Positions 49,896 to 59,968 of a stretch of DNA of 64,000 bases are shown here, piece after piece. Within the stretch, counting starts at the first letter, position 1, and every line of letters begins with the position of its first letter. Under the pieces are notes generated by a model that worked only from the letters and a program-made list of their open reading frames with translations, made no database searches and was not told where the DNA came from. Source of the DNA: an uncultured bacterium (lineage in GTDB: Bacteria; Babelota; Babeliae; Babelales; Babelaceae); assembly GCA_963722385.1 (NCBI GenBank), contig CAVRKK010000002.1, forward strand, positions 416,001-480,000, written 5' to 3'. A program made the translations under genes and the position numbers.

Positions 49896-51464
49896 TTACA
49901 ATAAACTAAAACCAAAAGGCATATACGAAAGGACCGTACCAACATCATCATCGTCAAAGCGGAAACCAGCTCCTAAAAAGAAATTGCTGTTATGCCTGCT
50001 TACAAAATCATCGGCGCCAAAGACAAAATAAAGATTAGGACCAAAAAAGACACGGTTGATCCACTTAAGATGGGGTCGGTCATCATTAATGCGCAAGCGG
50101 CCCCTAAAATCCCAAGCCTCAAACGAGCTGACCCAGCCAAAAATATCATTCCTGATTGGTATTTGTACATCAAGCGCCACGCCAAATGTGCTTTCAAAAA
50201 GCCCCCCGCGCAGGCCATAGTCGCCAAAAATTTTTCCGAACTGCAAATTCCATAACCATTGATCGAATATCCGTGCTTGCTCAAACCGTGGAAAGCGAGA
50301 ATGGCGCTTGCCCCGCTGCTCTTTGTGGCGATGACCGGGGAGACCATAAAATTCTTCGCGGGCGATAAAGCCTGTTTGGCGGTATACAAGGCCACCAAGG
50401 TAAAAATAGTCGGGCGCTGGGTACATACGCGCATCGAAGTAAGCCTTAAATTCGTTAAAATTCGTATGTTCGGCGCGGCCAAGCATAGACTCGATATGGT
50501 TGTCGCTCATAAATCGCATGTTATACCATGAGGAAAGCGTGTCCTTAACGTTGCCGATAGTCCCTTTAACACCCTCGCCAAGCTCCTCATCATTGATAAG
50601 TTGGCTCAACGCCCCCTTGCCTTCGTTAATCTTGCGTGCTACCTGCTCAACCTGCTGGCTAGCGCGAGTACACTGTTGACTGACATTGGTTATGTGCGAA
50701 TCAAGTGATTGTGCAAGATTATTAATAGTCTGCTCAACTGCTGGCACAACATGGCCCGAAAGCCGTTGCGTTAGCTCTTGTACTCCTTGCATTATTACCG
50801 GCAATTGCTTGCTCAAGTCACTGACTACTGCCGCTAAATTATGCACTGCCTTATCAACAGATTCCTCATGACGTGCCACGAATGCGTTAATCGACTGTGT
50901 AGCCTCAGTAAGACTGCGTGCCGCATCAATTAACTGCCTCATCATTTCTTGAGCAGTTGCACCATTTTGCGCTGTGCAGAATGTTTGGTGGGCAGTTGAC
51001 GCGAGGGTGGAAATTTGGGTAATACTTGTCTGCATTTGACCAAGCAGCGCGTCCAAAGACGCTACATCAGGAGCTCCCTGTATAACCGCGCCCTCCTCAA
51101 GAATAGCATGCCCCGGCGTCCCGGGAATAACCTCCAAATACTTTTCACCTAATATGCCATCTTGCCGTATCACACCGGTGGCATCACGGCGAAGCATGCA
51201 CTCTTTTAATATCATGATCATTGCGCAAACACGATGCTGATCAGGAACTAAGGTAATCGAATCAACCCAACCCACCTTCATGCCAAATGCTTTGACGTCA
51301 GCTTTTTTATGAAGACCAGCAGCATCGGTAAAGCAAATAGAATAATTCCTATACTTGCTGCGATCTAAGCGAAAAAAACCAATTTGAAATGTCATGTAAA
51401 AAAAGGTAGCAAAAGCTATGGCCATGAAAAGGCCAACGGCGGTTTCAGTTTTAAAATTGAACAT
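49896..51464 (-). CDS. mlaD: Long MlaD/MCE protein with coiled coil and C-terminal beta-strand domain
   Basis: N-terminal TM, FTDAAGL...V...GMKVG.V, GILGEKYLEVIPG. Confidence 0.88.
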   Translation of the reverse strand: MFNFKTETAVGLFMAIAFATFFYMTFQIGFFRLDRSKYRNYSICFTDAAGLHKKADVKAFGMKVGWVDSITLVPDQHRVCAMIMILKECMLRRDATGVIRQDGILGEKYLEVIPGTPGHAILEEGAVIQGAPDVASLDALLGQMQTSITQISTLASTAHQTFCTAQNGATAQEMMRQLIDAARSLTEATQSINAFVARHEESVDKAVHNLAAVVSDLSKQLPVIMQGVQELTQRLSGHVVPAVEQTINNLAQSLDSHITNVSQQCTRASQQVEQVARKINEGKGALSQLINDEELGEGVKGTIGNVKDTLSSWYNMRFMSDNHIESMLGRAEHTNFNEFKAYFDARMYPAPDYFYLGGLVYRQTGFIAREEFYGLPGHRHKEQRGKRHSRFPRFEQARIFDQWLWNLQFGKIFGDYGLRGGLFESTFGVALDVQIPIRNDIFGWVSSFEAWDFRGRLRINDDRPHLKWINRVFFGPNLYFVFGADDFVSRHNSNFFLGAGFRFDDDDVGTVLSYMPFGFSLL

Positions 51465-51482
51465 ATACCATGATTTTCAAGC

Positions 51483-52574
51483 TTAGAGCCAATAGAGCTT
51501 TTTCAGTAAAAAAGGATGACTTTTATCTGCTGCATTCTTGTTCTTTTCTATGAGCGCGCACACTTTTTGTGTCACCGAGCCCACTTTTCCATAGGATACC
51601 ACAGAAAAGGCCTTTGCTTCAAATCGGCTTGTAAAAAGCTGCCTGAACGGCTCGGGTACCGCGCGGTACTTCATGCCCAGAATTGCCGCTAACGGCTCAC
51701 CCCAAGACTCTTGCCACTCAATTTTAGGCGATTTTAACAGGTTTACGAGTAAAGAGACCGGCGGCTTCTCTATGTTTTGGCCAGCAAGGAGGCGCAAGCC
51801 TATAACGCGGCTCACTGCTCGCGAAAGGAGCAAGGGGTTAATAGTCGGCTCGTTGGTCGAGACGGTAAACAGGTCTGAAAGAAATAGTTTATCGCTGGTG
51901 TCAGGACTCATAAAGAACTGTTCTTGTACCTGGGCAATCTCAGGCACGCTTAAAAGCTGGCTTACGTCGTCGAGCGGCTGGGGATGCTTGCTAAAATAGC
52001 GCGAAAGCGCCCGCTCGAGCGCAACAGGCTTTTGCTGAGCGCGTTCGAAATACCCTTTAAGCCCCTCGGTCATAAGCTGCAGGAGTTGCTTCGTCTGAAT
52101 GGGGGCTTGTGCTACAAATTTCTTCTCTTTAAAATCATAGAGCTTATTGAGGTTGATTTTGCCTTCCTCGCAACTTATATAGATGCTACATTGACCATCA
52201 ATACCATCGACCGCTTGAGTAAAATTAAACGTCTGCCACTGATTGAGCACCTTGAGCAGAACATCCACGGCTGCTTTCTCTTTTTCTTCGCTTGAGTCGC
52301 CTTTTTGCTCTTTTTGCTCAGCTGATTGCTTATCGCTCGGCTCGGCCGATTTTTTTTCCTGGCCTGCTTTAAGATCGAGCTGCGCCAGACGGCTCATGGC
52401 AATCTCAACCCCTCCCCGAGCAATCAAGCGCGCTTTTTCAACATCGATCCATACCTTGCTCAAGTGCCGATAAGCGCTTACCCGGTTAATCACCAAGGAG
52501 ATCAACAAAGCGCTTGTAGCAATGACCATCATGGTCAAAATAAGAACGAAGCCCTGTAATCGGCCGGTAGCCAT
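51483..52574 (-). CDS. gspK: T2SS minor pseudopilin GspK
   Basis: GFVLI prepilin-like N-terminus; EEGKINLN. Confidence 0.85.
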   Translation of the reverse strand: MATGRLQGFVLILTMMVIATSALLISLVINRVSAYRHLSKVWIDVEKARLIARGGVEIAMSRLAQLDLKAGQEKKSAEPSDKQSAEQKEQKGDSSEEKEKAAVDVLLKVLNQWQTFNFTQAVDGIDGQCSIYISCEEGKINLNKLYDFKEKKFVAQAPIQTKQLLQLMTEGLKGYFERAQQKPVALERALSRYFSKHPQPLDDVSQLLSVPEIAQVQEQFFMSPDTSDKLFLSDLFTVSTNEPTINPLLLSRAVSRVIGLRLLAGQNIEKPPVSLLVNLLKSPKIEWQESWGEPLAAILGMKYRAVPEPFRQLFTSRFEAKAFSVVSYGKVGSVTQKVCALIEKNKNAADKSHPFLLKKLYWL

Positions 52575-52577
52575 CTC

Positions 52578-53510
52578 TTACCCCTTTGCTGCTGAGTCGA
52601 CCTTCAGTGATTTTGCTGCTTGTTGAAGAGCCTGTTCAGGCGCTGGTTTACTTTCTTCTTGCACTTGCATAAGCGGCCCTGCCGCGATAGGTATCAGCAA
52701 CTTAAAAGGAGATTCTCGCTTGTGCCGGCTATCGAGTATTACCCCTTTGACCTCAACGTATTCGGGGATAAGGCTCTTTTTGCTTTTCACGCGCTCTTGG
52801 TCATGCCAGCTCGTTAAGCGTTCGTACTCTTTTGGCTTCGGCTTTTCTTCTTTTTGTTGCTTGCCTGCTGGCACGCTTTGCTTTTTTTCCTCTTTCTTTT
52901 CTTCAGCCTTCGACACAATACACGTAACGCTAAAAGCTTGTATGTTCTGCAGTATCGTATACCCTGTCAGCTTATTTTTTCTTCGAGCCTCGTTAAATTT
53001 TTTGAAATCAAGCTCAGGAGACTCATAACGCTTGAGCTGCCAGAGCTTAGAGCCCGTAGGACGCTCCAAGCTATACGTGATACGTACCACGCGTGGCGTC
53101 GTTTCACCATAGATCACAAGTGGGTTAGTGCTCACAAATGAAAAGAGCGGCTTGGTCGTTGCAGGTGCAGCAGCGCGCGCAATATTGTCCAATCCTTCGA
53201 CCATAAATATATTTTTAAGTCGCTTTTTTTCTTGCTCTTCTTTCTTTTTTGGTTGCTCGCTTTTGGCTGTTTGCTTGGCGTCCGCCTGCTCAGTTTTCTG
53301 AGGAATTGCTTGCAGCGGGACAAAAGCACCGCTTACATCTTTAGTAAGACGATCACCAAAAAACACGAGCTGGGTTTGCGTTTCAATCAACGAATCAATA
53401 ACGCGTACGGTCTGATTCGCTTGATACAGCGACCGATAGAGCAAAACTGATAAAATACTTGCAATGGCCAACCCTACAACAAGGTCAAGCAGGCTTATCC
53501 CGGGTCTCAT
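52578..53510 (-). CDS. gspJ: T2SS minor pseudopilin GspJ
   Basis: GISLLDL N-terminus; LTKDVSGA; operon position. Confidence 0.8.
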   Translation of the reverse strand: MRPGISLLDLVVGLAIASILSVLLYRSLYQANQTVRVIDSLIETQTQLVFFGDRLTKDVSGAFVPLQAIPQKTEQADAKQTAKSEQPKKKEEQEKKRLKNIFMVEGLDNIARAAAPATTKPLFSFVSTNPLVIYGETTPRVVRITYSLERPTGSKLWQLKRYESPELDFKKFNEARRKNKLTGYTILQNIQAFSVTCIVSKAEEKKEEKKQSVPAGKQQKEEKPKPKEYERLTSWHDQERVKSKKSLIPEYVEVKGVILDSRHKRESPFKLLIPIAAGPLMQVQEESKPAPEQALQQAAKSLKVDSAAKG

Positions 53511-53907
53511 CTTTCAACTCTGGCTTATATATAAATGTTACAAATCGGTCCTGCATGCTCGTTCGAGCACGCGCTTTCGGGCCACGCCCCTCCCATTGGG
53601 CACTCACGCGCTCGATCATGAGATCTTTGAGCTTAAAGAGCGAAGATTCTTTTGGGGGACGCTTGTGCTCATAGGTGAGCTTAAGGTTGAGCTCTTTATT
53701 TTCGGAGATAACTTTTTTGCCGGTTTCGGGCTCTTTCACGCGGGCCTCATTAAAAAATGCCACCACCTCACGTATACGTTTCAAGCGCTCACTGCTTTGA
53801 ACGGCAGTACGCATCAGCCCTATTTGAAGCCCCGATAAAGCAGTCAGCACGAGGCCGATAATGGCCAAAGAAATCATCACCTCAATTAACGTAAAGCCCT
53901 GTTTCAT
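53485..53907 (-). CDS. gspI: T2SS minor pseudopilin GspI
   Basis: GFTLIEVM. Confidence 0.82.
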   Translation of the reverse strand: MKQGFTLIEVMISLAIIGLVLTALSGLQIGLMRTAVQSSERLKRIREVVAFFNEARVKEPETGKKVISENKELNLKLTYEHKRPPKESSLFKLKDLMIERVSAQWEGRGPKARARTSMQDRFVTFIYKPELKDETRDKPA

Positions 53908-54428
53908 GATACACTAAATTGCGCCGTAAAAGGGTTGAGTACAAAGGAATAAACACGCGGGCGATCACGTTCGCGCATCGTGATCGTAACTTCTTGAGCA
54001 AGCCCCTCGGGAACTATATAAAACCAGGCGCTCGTTGACCGAATCCCCTCGCCCTCCGTAATAAGATTTTTACCCTTAATAAAAAACTGGTCAACCGTTA
54101 CGCCGGGCTCAATCGAAAACTGTGTTTTAGCGTAAGGCACCGAGACTGCTTTAAATTGAATAACGCCGCGTGAGTCACGCTTGCCCGAGTCTACCTCAAG
54201 AGCGACCAGCGCTCGTTTAAAATCGAAAATAATACGGTGCAACTTGCCCGTGACGAGGGCATCAACCTGCGCTATGCGCATCAGGCCATTCAATTGCTGC
54301 ACCACTTTTTTATCAAGGGGAACAGGGCGTCGGCGCAGTCGAGGTACCGTGATGGCTGCCACAATCGCCAAAATGCCCAGGACAACCATCAACTCAAGCA
54401 ATGAAAAGCCGCTATTCCTCTTGTGCAT
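53904..54428 (-). CDS. gspH: T2SS minor pseudopilin GspH
   Basis: Start MHKRNSGFSLLEL at 54428. Confidence 0.82.
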   Translation of the reverse strand: MHKRNSGFSLLELMVVLGILAIVAAITVPRLRRRPVPLDKKVVQQLNGLMRIAQVDALVTGKLHRIIFDFKRALVALEVDSGKRDSRGVIQFKAVSVPYAKTQFSIEPGVTVDQFFIKGKNLITEGEGIRSTSAWFYIVPEGLAQEVTITMRERDRPRVYSFVLNPFTAQFSVS

Positions 54429-54834
54429 AAATCCATTCTTCTTGCGGGCTTCCTTCGCCGTGCGGGCCCCAAGAGTAAAGCTCATAAGGCGGTTGCGTGC
54501 CCTTTGGATGCAGGTTATATACGAGCTCGTTTTTCCAACCATCAAGCGGCTCTCTCGTAAGATAAGGGCCTTCCCAACGCCTAGCCAGTTTTTCATCGGC
54601 TGGCGGGGTCTTGAGCTCGTTGAGTGCTGCTGGATAGGCACTCACGTCAGCATGGAATGAATGGATAGCGTTTTGCACCGTATTAAGCGTCGTTTTAGTA
54701 GCTTGTTTTCGTGCTTTACTCATATAGCTCGTAATATTAGGCACCACGAGAGCTGCTAAAATACCCATAATAGTAACCGCGATAATAATTTCGATAAGCG
54801 TAAAGCCATCGTGTGCAGCGCGTAACATTCTCAT
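54412..54834 (-). CDS. gspG: T2SS major pseudopilin GspG
   Basis: GFTLIEI, VVPN, YP...L..L, WEGPYL, DGW. Confidence 0.92.
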   Translation of the reverse strand: MRMLRAAHDGFTLIEIIIAVTIMGILAALVVPNITSYMSKARKQATKTTLNTVQNAIHSFHADVSAYPAALNELKTPPADEKLARRWEGPYLTREPLDGWKNELVYNLHPKGTQPPYELYSWGPHGEGSPQEEWIYAQEE

Positions 54835-54860
54835 AAATACTCCTTATCATACGTAATTGT

Positions 54861-56078
54861 TTAAACACCTTCTGCAAGCGTGCCCGCTTTTATCAGCGGT
54901 AGCACTATCGATATTACAATAAATCCAACGATAAGCGCCATAACCACGGTCATGAGTGGGCCGAGCTTACTTGAGAGGCTATCTGAAAAGTCGGTCAATT
55001 CGCGCTCATAGTACTCGGCAACGGTGGTAAGCATGGTATCAAGCTGGCCACTTTGCTCACCCGTGCTAATCAAATAAATGGCGACGGGTGGGAAAAGATT
55101 TGTCTTCTTTAGGTATTCAGCAATACGTCCTTGCTTAATAATATTTTCTCGTGCTTCATTAAGCGTACGGGCCAATATCTTATTGTCGACGATCTTGCTC
55201 ACGATAGCCAGCGCTTCGGCAAGATTGACGCCGCCTTCGATCAACATACCTAGGGTTCGGCTGAATTGTACCACAGCGCCCATTTTGGCAAAATAGCGAA
55301 CGATGGGGATTTTCAGCTTAAGCGTATCAATAACACGCCGGCCAACTTCTGTCGAGCGCCACCAACGCAGCAAGAAAAAGAGCCCTACAACGCCCCCAAT
55401 AAGCAGAAGGTAATAGGTCCTCATGAGCCAAGAGAGCCACAGAAGCATGCGGGTCGGCAAAGGAAGTTGGACGTTTTCGCTGGCAAACGTTTCGGCAATA
55501 CGGGGCACCACAAAATTGAGGAGTCCTATCACAATCAGCATGATAAAGCCGAGCTGAAAAAGAGGGTAGCTTAACGCTCCGCGGACGCGGCGGGTAACAT
55601 CTTCTCGGCGTTCCAGATACGTCGTCAATCTATTGAGGATAGTTTCAAGCTTGCCGGAAGCCTCGCCAGCACGTACAAGCTGGGTATAGGTAGCATCAAA
55701 TACCTGGGGGTATGCCTCGAGTGAATCGGCAAGCGTGCGCCCCTCTTTAATATTATCACGTAACGCTATAACAATGGTGCGCAAGGAGCCCTCGGTTTGA
55801 TCTACCAAGAGGTCGAGTGCCTGAAGCAGCGGAACTCCAGACTTGAGCAAGAGAGCGAGCTGTTTAGTAAAAAATATTTTGTCGCGTATGCTCACGCGAC
55901 GGACAAACAATAACCGCCAGGACCAACGGCCACCAGCGCTTGTCATGGGGCTAATTTTAACCGGGTACAAGCCCATCTTGACGAGGTTCGTACGCGCGGC
56001 GTTCGGAGAAGCAGCATCAACGTTGCCGCTTACTCTTTTGCCATCTTTTGACAGCGCTTGGTAGGAATATAATGCCAT
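54861..56078 (-). CDS. gspF: T2SS inner-membrane platform protein GspF
   Basis: FTKQLALLLKSGVPL, AGEASGKL, ALSYP, GEQSGQLD. Confidence 0.95.
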   Translation of the reverse strand: MALYSYQALSKDGKRVSGNVDAASPNAARTNLVKMGLYPVKISPMTSAGGRWSWRLLFVRRVSIRDKIFFTKQLALLLKSGVPLLQALDLLVDQTEGSLRTIVIALRDNIKEGRTLADSLEAYPQVFDATYTQLVRAGEASGKLETILNRLTTYLERREDVTRRVRGALSYPLFQLGFIMLIVIGLLNFVVPRIAETFASENVQLPLPTRMLLWLSWLMRTYYLLLIGGVVGLFFLLRWWRSTEVGRRVIDTLKLKIPIVRYFAKMGAVVQFSRTLGMLIEGGVNLAEALAIVSKIVDNKILARTLNEARENIIKQGRIAEYLKKTNLFPPVAIYLISTGEQSGQLDTMLTTVAEYYERELTDFSDSLSSKLGPLMTVVMALIVGFIVISIVLPLIKAGTLAEGV

Positions 56079-56174
56079 GCCAAGCCTCTCTTAATGTATT
56101 ACAAGAACAGCTTGTAAGATTCTTTCTTTATGATACCATTTTTTATAGTTCGTTTACTAGAGGGGTAAAATCAC

Positions 56175-57116
56175 ATGAGATATACGCGCTGGGTCTTATT
56201 GTTGTGTATAATCCCTTTTCAGGCAATTTCCCGAGTACTCGATCCTGAGCAAGACCCTGACATAACGCCCTTTCTGAGGCCTATCGAATTGACCACTGAG
56301 GGCATTACTCATTTTTGGGCATGTTATAACGACCCTTTCTATAGCATGGTGCTCCCGCGCTCAAGTATTAACCTGATGGACCTGCTCACTTACCTGAAAG
56401 GCCAAGATGATCCCCACAGCTTTGGATATACGATTCTTGAGCTTTTTCACCTTAAGTGGAAAGAGTGCCGCTGGCATAATGCGACTGCTTTAGCACAACT
56501 TCTTGATCAGCTGCCGGTACTCATCGGCGACCTTTTCGCCAAAAAGCGGGATGAGAAAGAGCTTTTAAATAATTACCTGCACGAGCGTTTTTATGGCCCC
56601 CATGGACCGCAAGATCTGTCTATTCCAGCGCGTGACCTTAAGGAATTTCTTGCCCAGCTTACTGATGATATGTATGAGAAAGTATTCCGTCCCGCGCTTA
56701 CCGCTCACGAGCTTGGGCAGCTCGTTGTACGATTTCTAGAAAGTATAACTGAAAAAGTTATTTGGAATGCGCAAGATGGTATACGTTCGTGGAAGACGTT
56801 CAAGCTTATAGGGTATCAACTTGAAAAGCTTTACGAAGGCGGCATTGTTCCTACCTTAGATATACTTAACCATGTGATCTGGTCGCTTGTTCATCGCTAC
56901 TGTTATTTTATTGAGCTTTCTGGCTCAGCGCTGCCGCTTGCTTGCTATATTGAAATGCAAAAAGAGCTTGAGGAGGGCGGGGCAGACTTCTTGAATTACG
57001 AAGATAATGATAAAAATATCAGGCCTAAAAGAGAAGTTCTTACTAAAGCACTACTCGCCGGACAAGCAAAGTCACTCGCCTATACAAAAAACATTCTCAC
57101 TGATGCCGTAATCTAG
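56175..57116 (+). CDS. Secreted hypothetical helical protein
   Basis: 313-aa ORF; signal peptide; GAGGGG RBS. Confidence 0.75.
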   Translation: MRYTRWVLLLCIIPFQAISRVLDPEQDPDITPFLRPIELTTEGITHFWACYNDPFYSMVLPRSSINLMDLLTYLKGQDDPHSFGYTILELFHLKWKECRWHNATALAQLLDQLPVLIGDLFAKKRDEKELLNNYLHERFYGPHGPQDLSIPARDLKEFLAQLTDDMYEKVFRPALTAHELGQLVVRFLESITEKVIWNAQDGIRSWKTFKLIGYQLEKLYEGGIVPTLDILNHVIWSLVHRYCYFIELSGSALPLACYIEMQKELEEGGADFLNYEDNDKNIRPKREVLTKALLAGQAKSLAYTKNILTDAVI

Positions 57117-57152
57117 CTCCCTAATGGCAACACATTCATCGACCGAGCAGCA

Positions 57153-57354
57153 AATCGCTTGCGCGGCCGACTTCTTCGCCAAGCTACGACGGGGACGCTT
57201 ACGCAGCGGGCGCGCCTGTGCGGCGTGCAGCAGGGCGGCGGCCCTGCACCCACACCAGAGGGATTTTTGCTTTACAGCCTACCTTCGCGTGCCTAATGCC
57301 ATAACCATGCGGGGCGCATGATTATGGCAAACGCAATTTTCCTGACGGAAAATA
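57153..57354 (-). repeat. Dispersed structured element, copy E (3' part, inverted)
   Basis: Matches the 3' modules of copies B, C and D. Confidence 0.85.
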
Positions 57355-57791
57355 AATTCTTTTGTGCAGTAAACCTCTCTACCAAAATATTTAATAAATA
57401 AAAGTCTGATGAGGCCCTCCGTAGTTGCTCGGCGCGTCCTTCGAGGACGCAAGATGCACGAGTAGGGCCGCTTGAAAGGGTCCAGGGGGAACCCTTGGCG
57501 CACGGGATGCAAGGGGGTTTGCGAGAACCCCACTTGCCGCCGACCGCGGAGGTCATTTGCTGCCCGCCGCATAGGCGTTAACTCCAAGGAACCGCTGGTG
57601 CACCGAATGCAAATGTGATTCTATCCTAGCCTGCATCAGCATTCGCGCTTTCTTTGTTATTTGCCTAACTAAAATATTTTGAGTATTCTTACCACAATTT
57701 AATTTTTATAATGGCTGTAGCTCTAGACCTCATAACAAGATCATACGTTAACATAAGAAATAGGCTGCATAAATTCTTAAGGTCGGGAATC

Positions 57792-58975
57792 ATGTATAGC
57801 ACCCTTCTCAAAAAACTTAACCTTGTCTTCTCGTTCACGTTACTGTTTTCTTCGCTTTTGGCAAATCACGGTTTTCCTCGTGAGACACTCGTGCAAACAA
57901 TAGCGGGGTCTCGACCAATCGAGGAGCTAGGGTACAGCCATACCATAATGTGCTTTGATTTCGAGGATGTCCATAGAAGCAGCGTTATCAAGAGACATAC
58001 TGATACTGAGCTTTCACTTACCGTCGCTGTTATTGTAGAAGACTTTAAAACACGGGAAACCGTTGAGATGATTCACTGTGGCTACCAACAAAAATTTTAT
58101 TCTGCCAGCCGTAACCGCTGGGTAGAGGCTCAAAATTTATGTCAGGATGATATATTAGTGAGCAGTACTCATGGGCTCATGCGTTGTAATGGTATTTGGG
58201 TTTTTTCTAGTGGTAGACGCCATTTAATGTCACTTGAGATAGAGAACTGGCATAATTTTTTCGTTGGCAAGCATAGCATTCTGGTGCACAATTATATGCC
58301 AGCGCCTTCGGTCGTTGTGCGTGTAGCCTGGTTGTTCGGTGGTTCAGTAGCTACCGGAACCCTTTCTTGGAATGTAGGAATCGGCATTGGCATTCTTGGT
58401 CTTGCTGGCTTAGGCTTTGGATATTTCATGTCAGGCGAAGAAGCAAAAAATGGACCGTATGCCGAATTCGACGCTGACAGGTTTGGCCAGCAATTCAATA
58501 AAAAGCCCGAATACCATCATGAAAATTTTGCGGGATCATCTCAAAATACTTATGCTGGCTTCGGCAATGACGAATCAACGACTGAAGAGCCAGGTAGCGA
58601 AGAATATGAGCATACCGAGGAAACTACTTCGCAATCATTTGCCAGCACCGCTGCAGGTGGCGAAGACCTGAACATGATCCAAGAAGAAAAAGAAACCATA
58701 CACCACAACCTCCTAAGCAAACAAATTTAAGCCAACAGTCTAAGTTAGAACTCGGAAGATCAATACGTAGCTTTCAAAGACTCATAAAAGAACATGAACA
58801 AAAATTAGAAGCATATAAAAAGAATCCTTATGAACATGACAATGAGGGATACTTAAAAAATGCACCATCAAATGAAATAAGGAAAAAAATTATTAAAAGA
58901 AGAATCGAAATCTTAGGAGAACAGATTACAAATTTTCATAAGGATATAGCGAAGGCAGTCGATGAATTAGCTTGA
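57792..58975 (+). pseudogene. Second Hint-domain toxin, -1 frameshift at ~58667
   Basis: Near-identical to 2667-3860 through the Hint and TM regions. GAC-CT replaces GAT-CCT. The tip continues in the shifted frame (...LGRSIRSFQRLIKEHEQKLEAYKKNPYEHDNEGYLKNAPSNEIRKKII...DELA*). Confidence 0.85.
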
Positions 58976-58985
58976 AGAGGATAGC

Positions 58986-59615
58986 ATGAAGCTAACAATT
59001 GACGAATTAGAGCATATTTTTGATCTGACCATCGAATATTATAAACAGCGGGATATTAGAAAGATCTCTTTCCCTAGCCATGATTATTACCCGCGAGTTT
59101 TGTTTAAAAATTTAGACTTTGATAATCCTGAATTTTTGAAATGTCCGCACATAGGACTTGGCTCCCTAATGGATGATTTAGAGGCATGGAAAAATATTTT
59201 AAGCGATATTGACAGACTGCCCTGTATGGTAGATGTCGATAGCCTGGGCGCTATATTAACAGCATTTGCCCAAGTTGCCTACACTAATGAACAGCCATCA
59301 ACAAGAAAAATACCCATGCCTACACTCACCATTGGTGAACTAGAAGAGATCTTCGTCATATTAATACGGTATCTCAAGCAGTGGAGTTATGAAGAAATAT
59401 CTTTTAACGACCCTCGTTATATTAAGATATCGCTCAAAAACGAATACATTTACCTCGATTGTCCACCTTATACCATAGGCTCTTTAGATAACTGTATTCA
59501 AGCCTGGAAAAAGATTTTGGCAGGTAAATCTAAATCATCCATGAATGATATCGAAATGCTTGGCGATATCTTAACAGGCATAGCACAAAATGCGTTTTAT
59601 CATGCATGTCATTAA
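58986..59615 (+). CDS. Putative immunity protein (tandem domains), paralog of 2024-2665
   Basis: MKLTIDELEH...LDFDNPEFLKCP...GSL...EISFNDPRYIKISLKNEYI...CPPYTIGSLD. Confidence 0.75.
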   Translation: MKLTIDELEHIFDLTIEYYKQRDIRKISFPSHDYYPRVLFKNLDFDNPEFLKCPHIGLGSLMDDLEAWKNILSDIDRLPCMVDVDSLGAILTAFAQVAYTNEQPSTRKIPMPTLTIGELEEIFVILIRYLKQWSYEEISFNDPRYIKISLKNEYIYLDCPPYTIGSLDNCIQAWKKILAGKSKSSMNDIEMLGDILTGIAQNAFYHACH

Positions 59616-59625
59616 GAGCATAGAC

Positions 59626-59835
59626 ATGGGACTAACAGTCGTTCAGCTGGAGCAAGCTTTTGCTTTGATTATCGCTTACTTTAGACAAAAAGATATCAAA
59701 AAGATCGCTTTTCCTAGCCATGATTATTACCCCGAAGTTTGGCATGAAGATCTGGATTTTGATAATCCCGAATTTCTCAAATGTCCAGACGCGGGCTGGA
59801 AAAAGATTTTAAGTAAGGTTTTTATCAAAACTTAG
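59626..59835 (+). pseudogene. Third, internally deleted immunity copy
   Basis: FPSHDYYP...LDFDNPEFLKCP joined to WKKIL after only three residues (DAG). Confidence 0.75.
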
Positions 59836-59968
59836 AAACCTTAAAAACGGAACTTTTTATTTTCCCAAGCTTTAAAAATTCTTAGTTGACAACTATTTGT
59901 ATTATACGTACGCTAGGACTTATAAATACGCTCTTTATTATCGAAAAAAAGTGTTGAAGGATCCGTAT

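Noticed and set aside
54429..54641. N-terminal extension of GspH given in the ORF track
   Set aside because: It overlaps gspG out of frame; the prepilin motif begins after ATG 54428.
57406..57497. Hammerhead-like CTGATGAG-stem-...GAAA-stem
   Set aside because: Stem II is followed by GCTTGAAA rather than GAAA, and stem I cannot pair (AAAAGT vs GGCGC). Not a canonical hammerhead.
57711..57791. Extended start of toxin copy 2
   Set aside because: Paralog alignment places the start at 57792.
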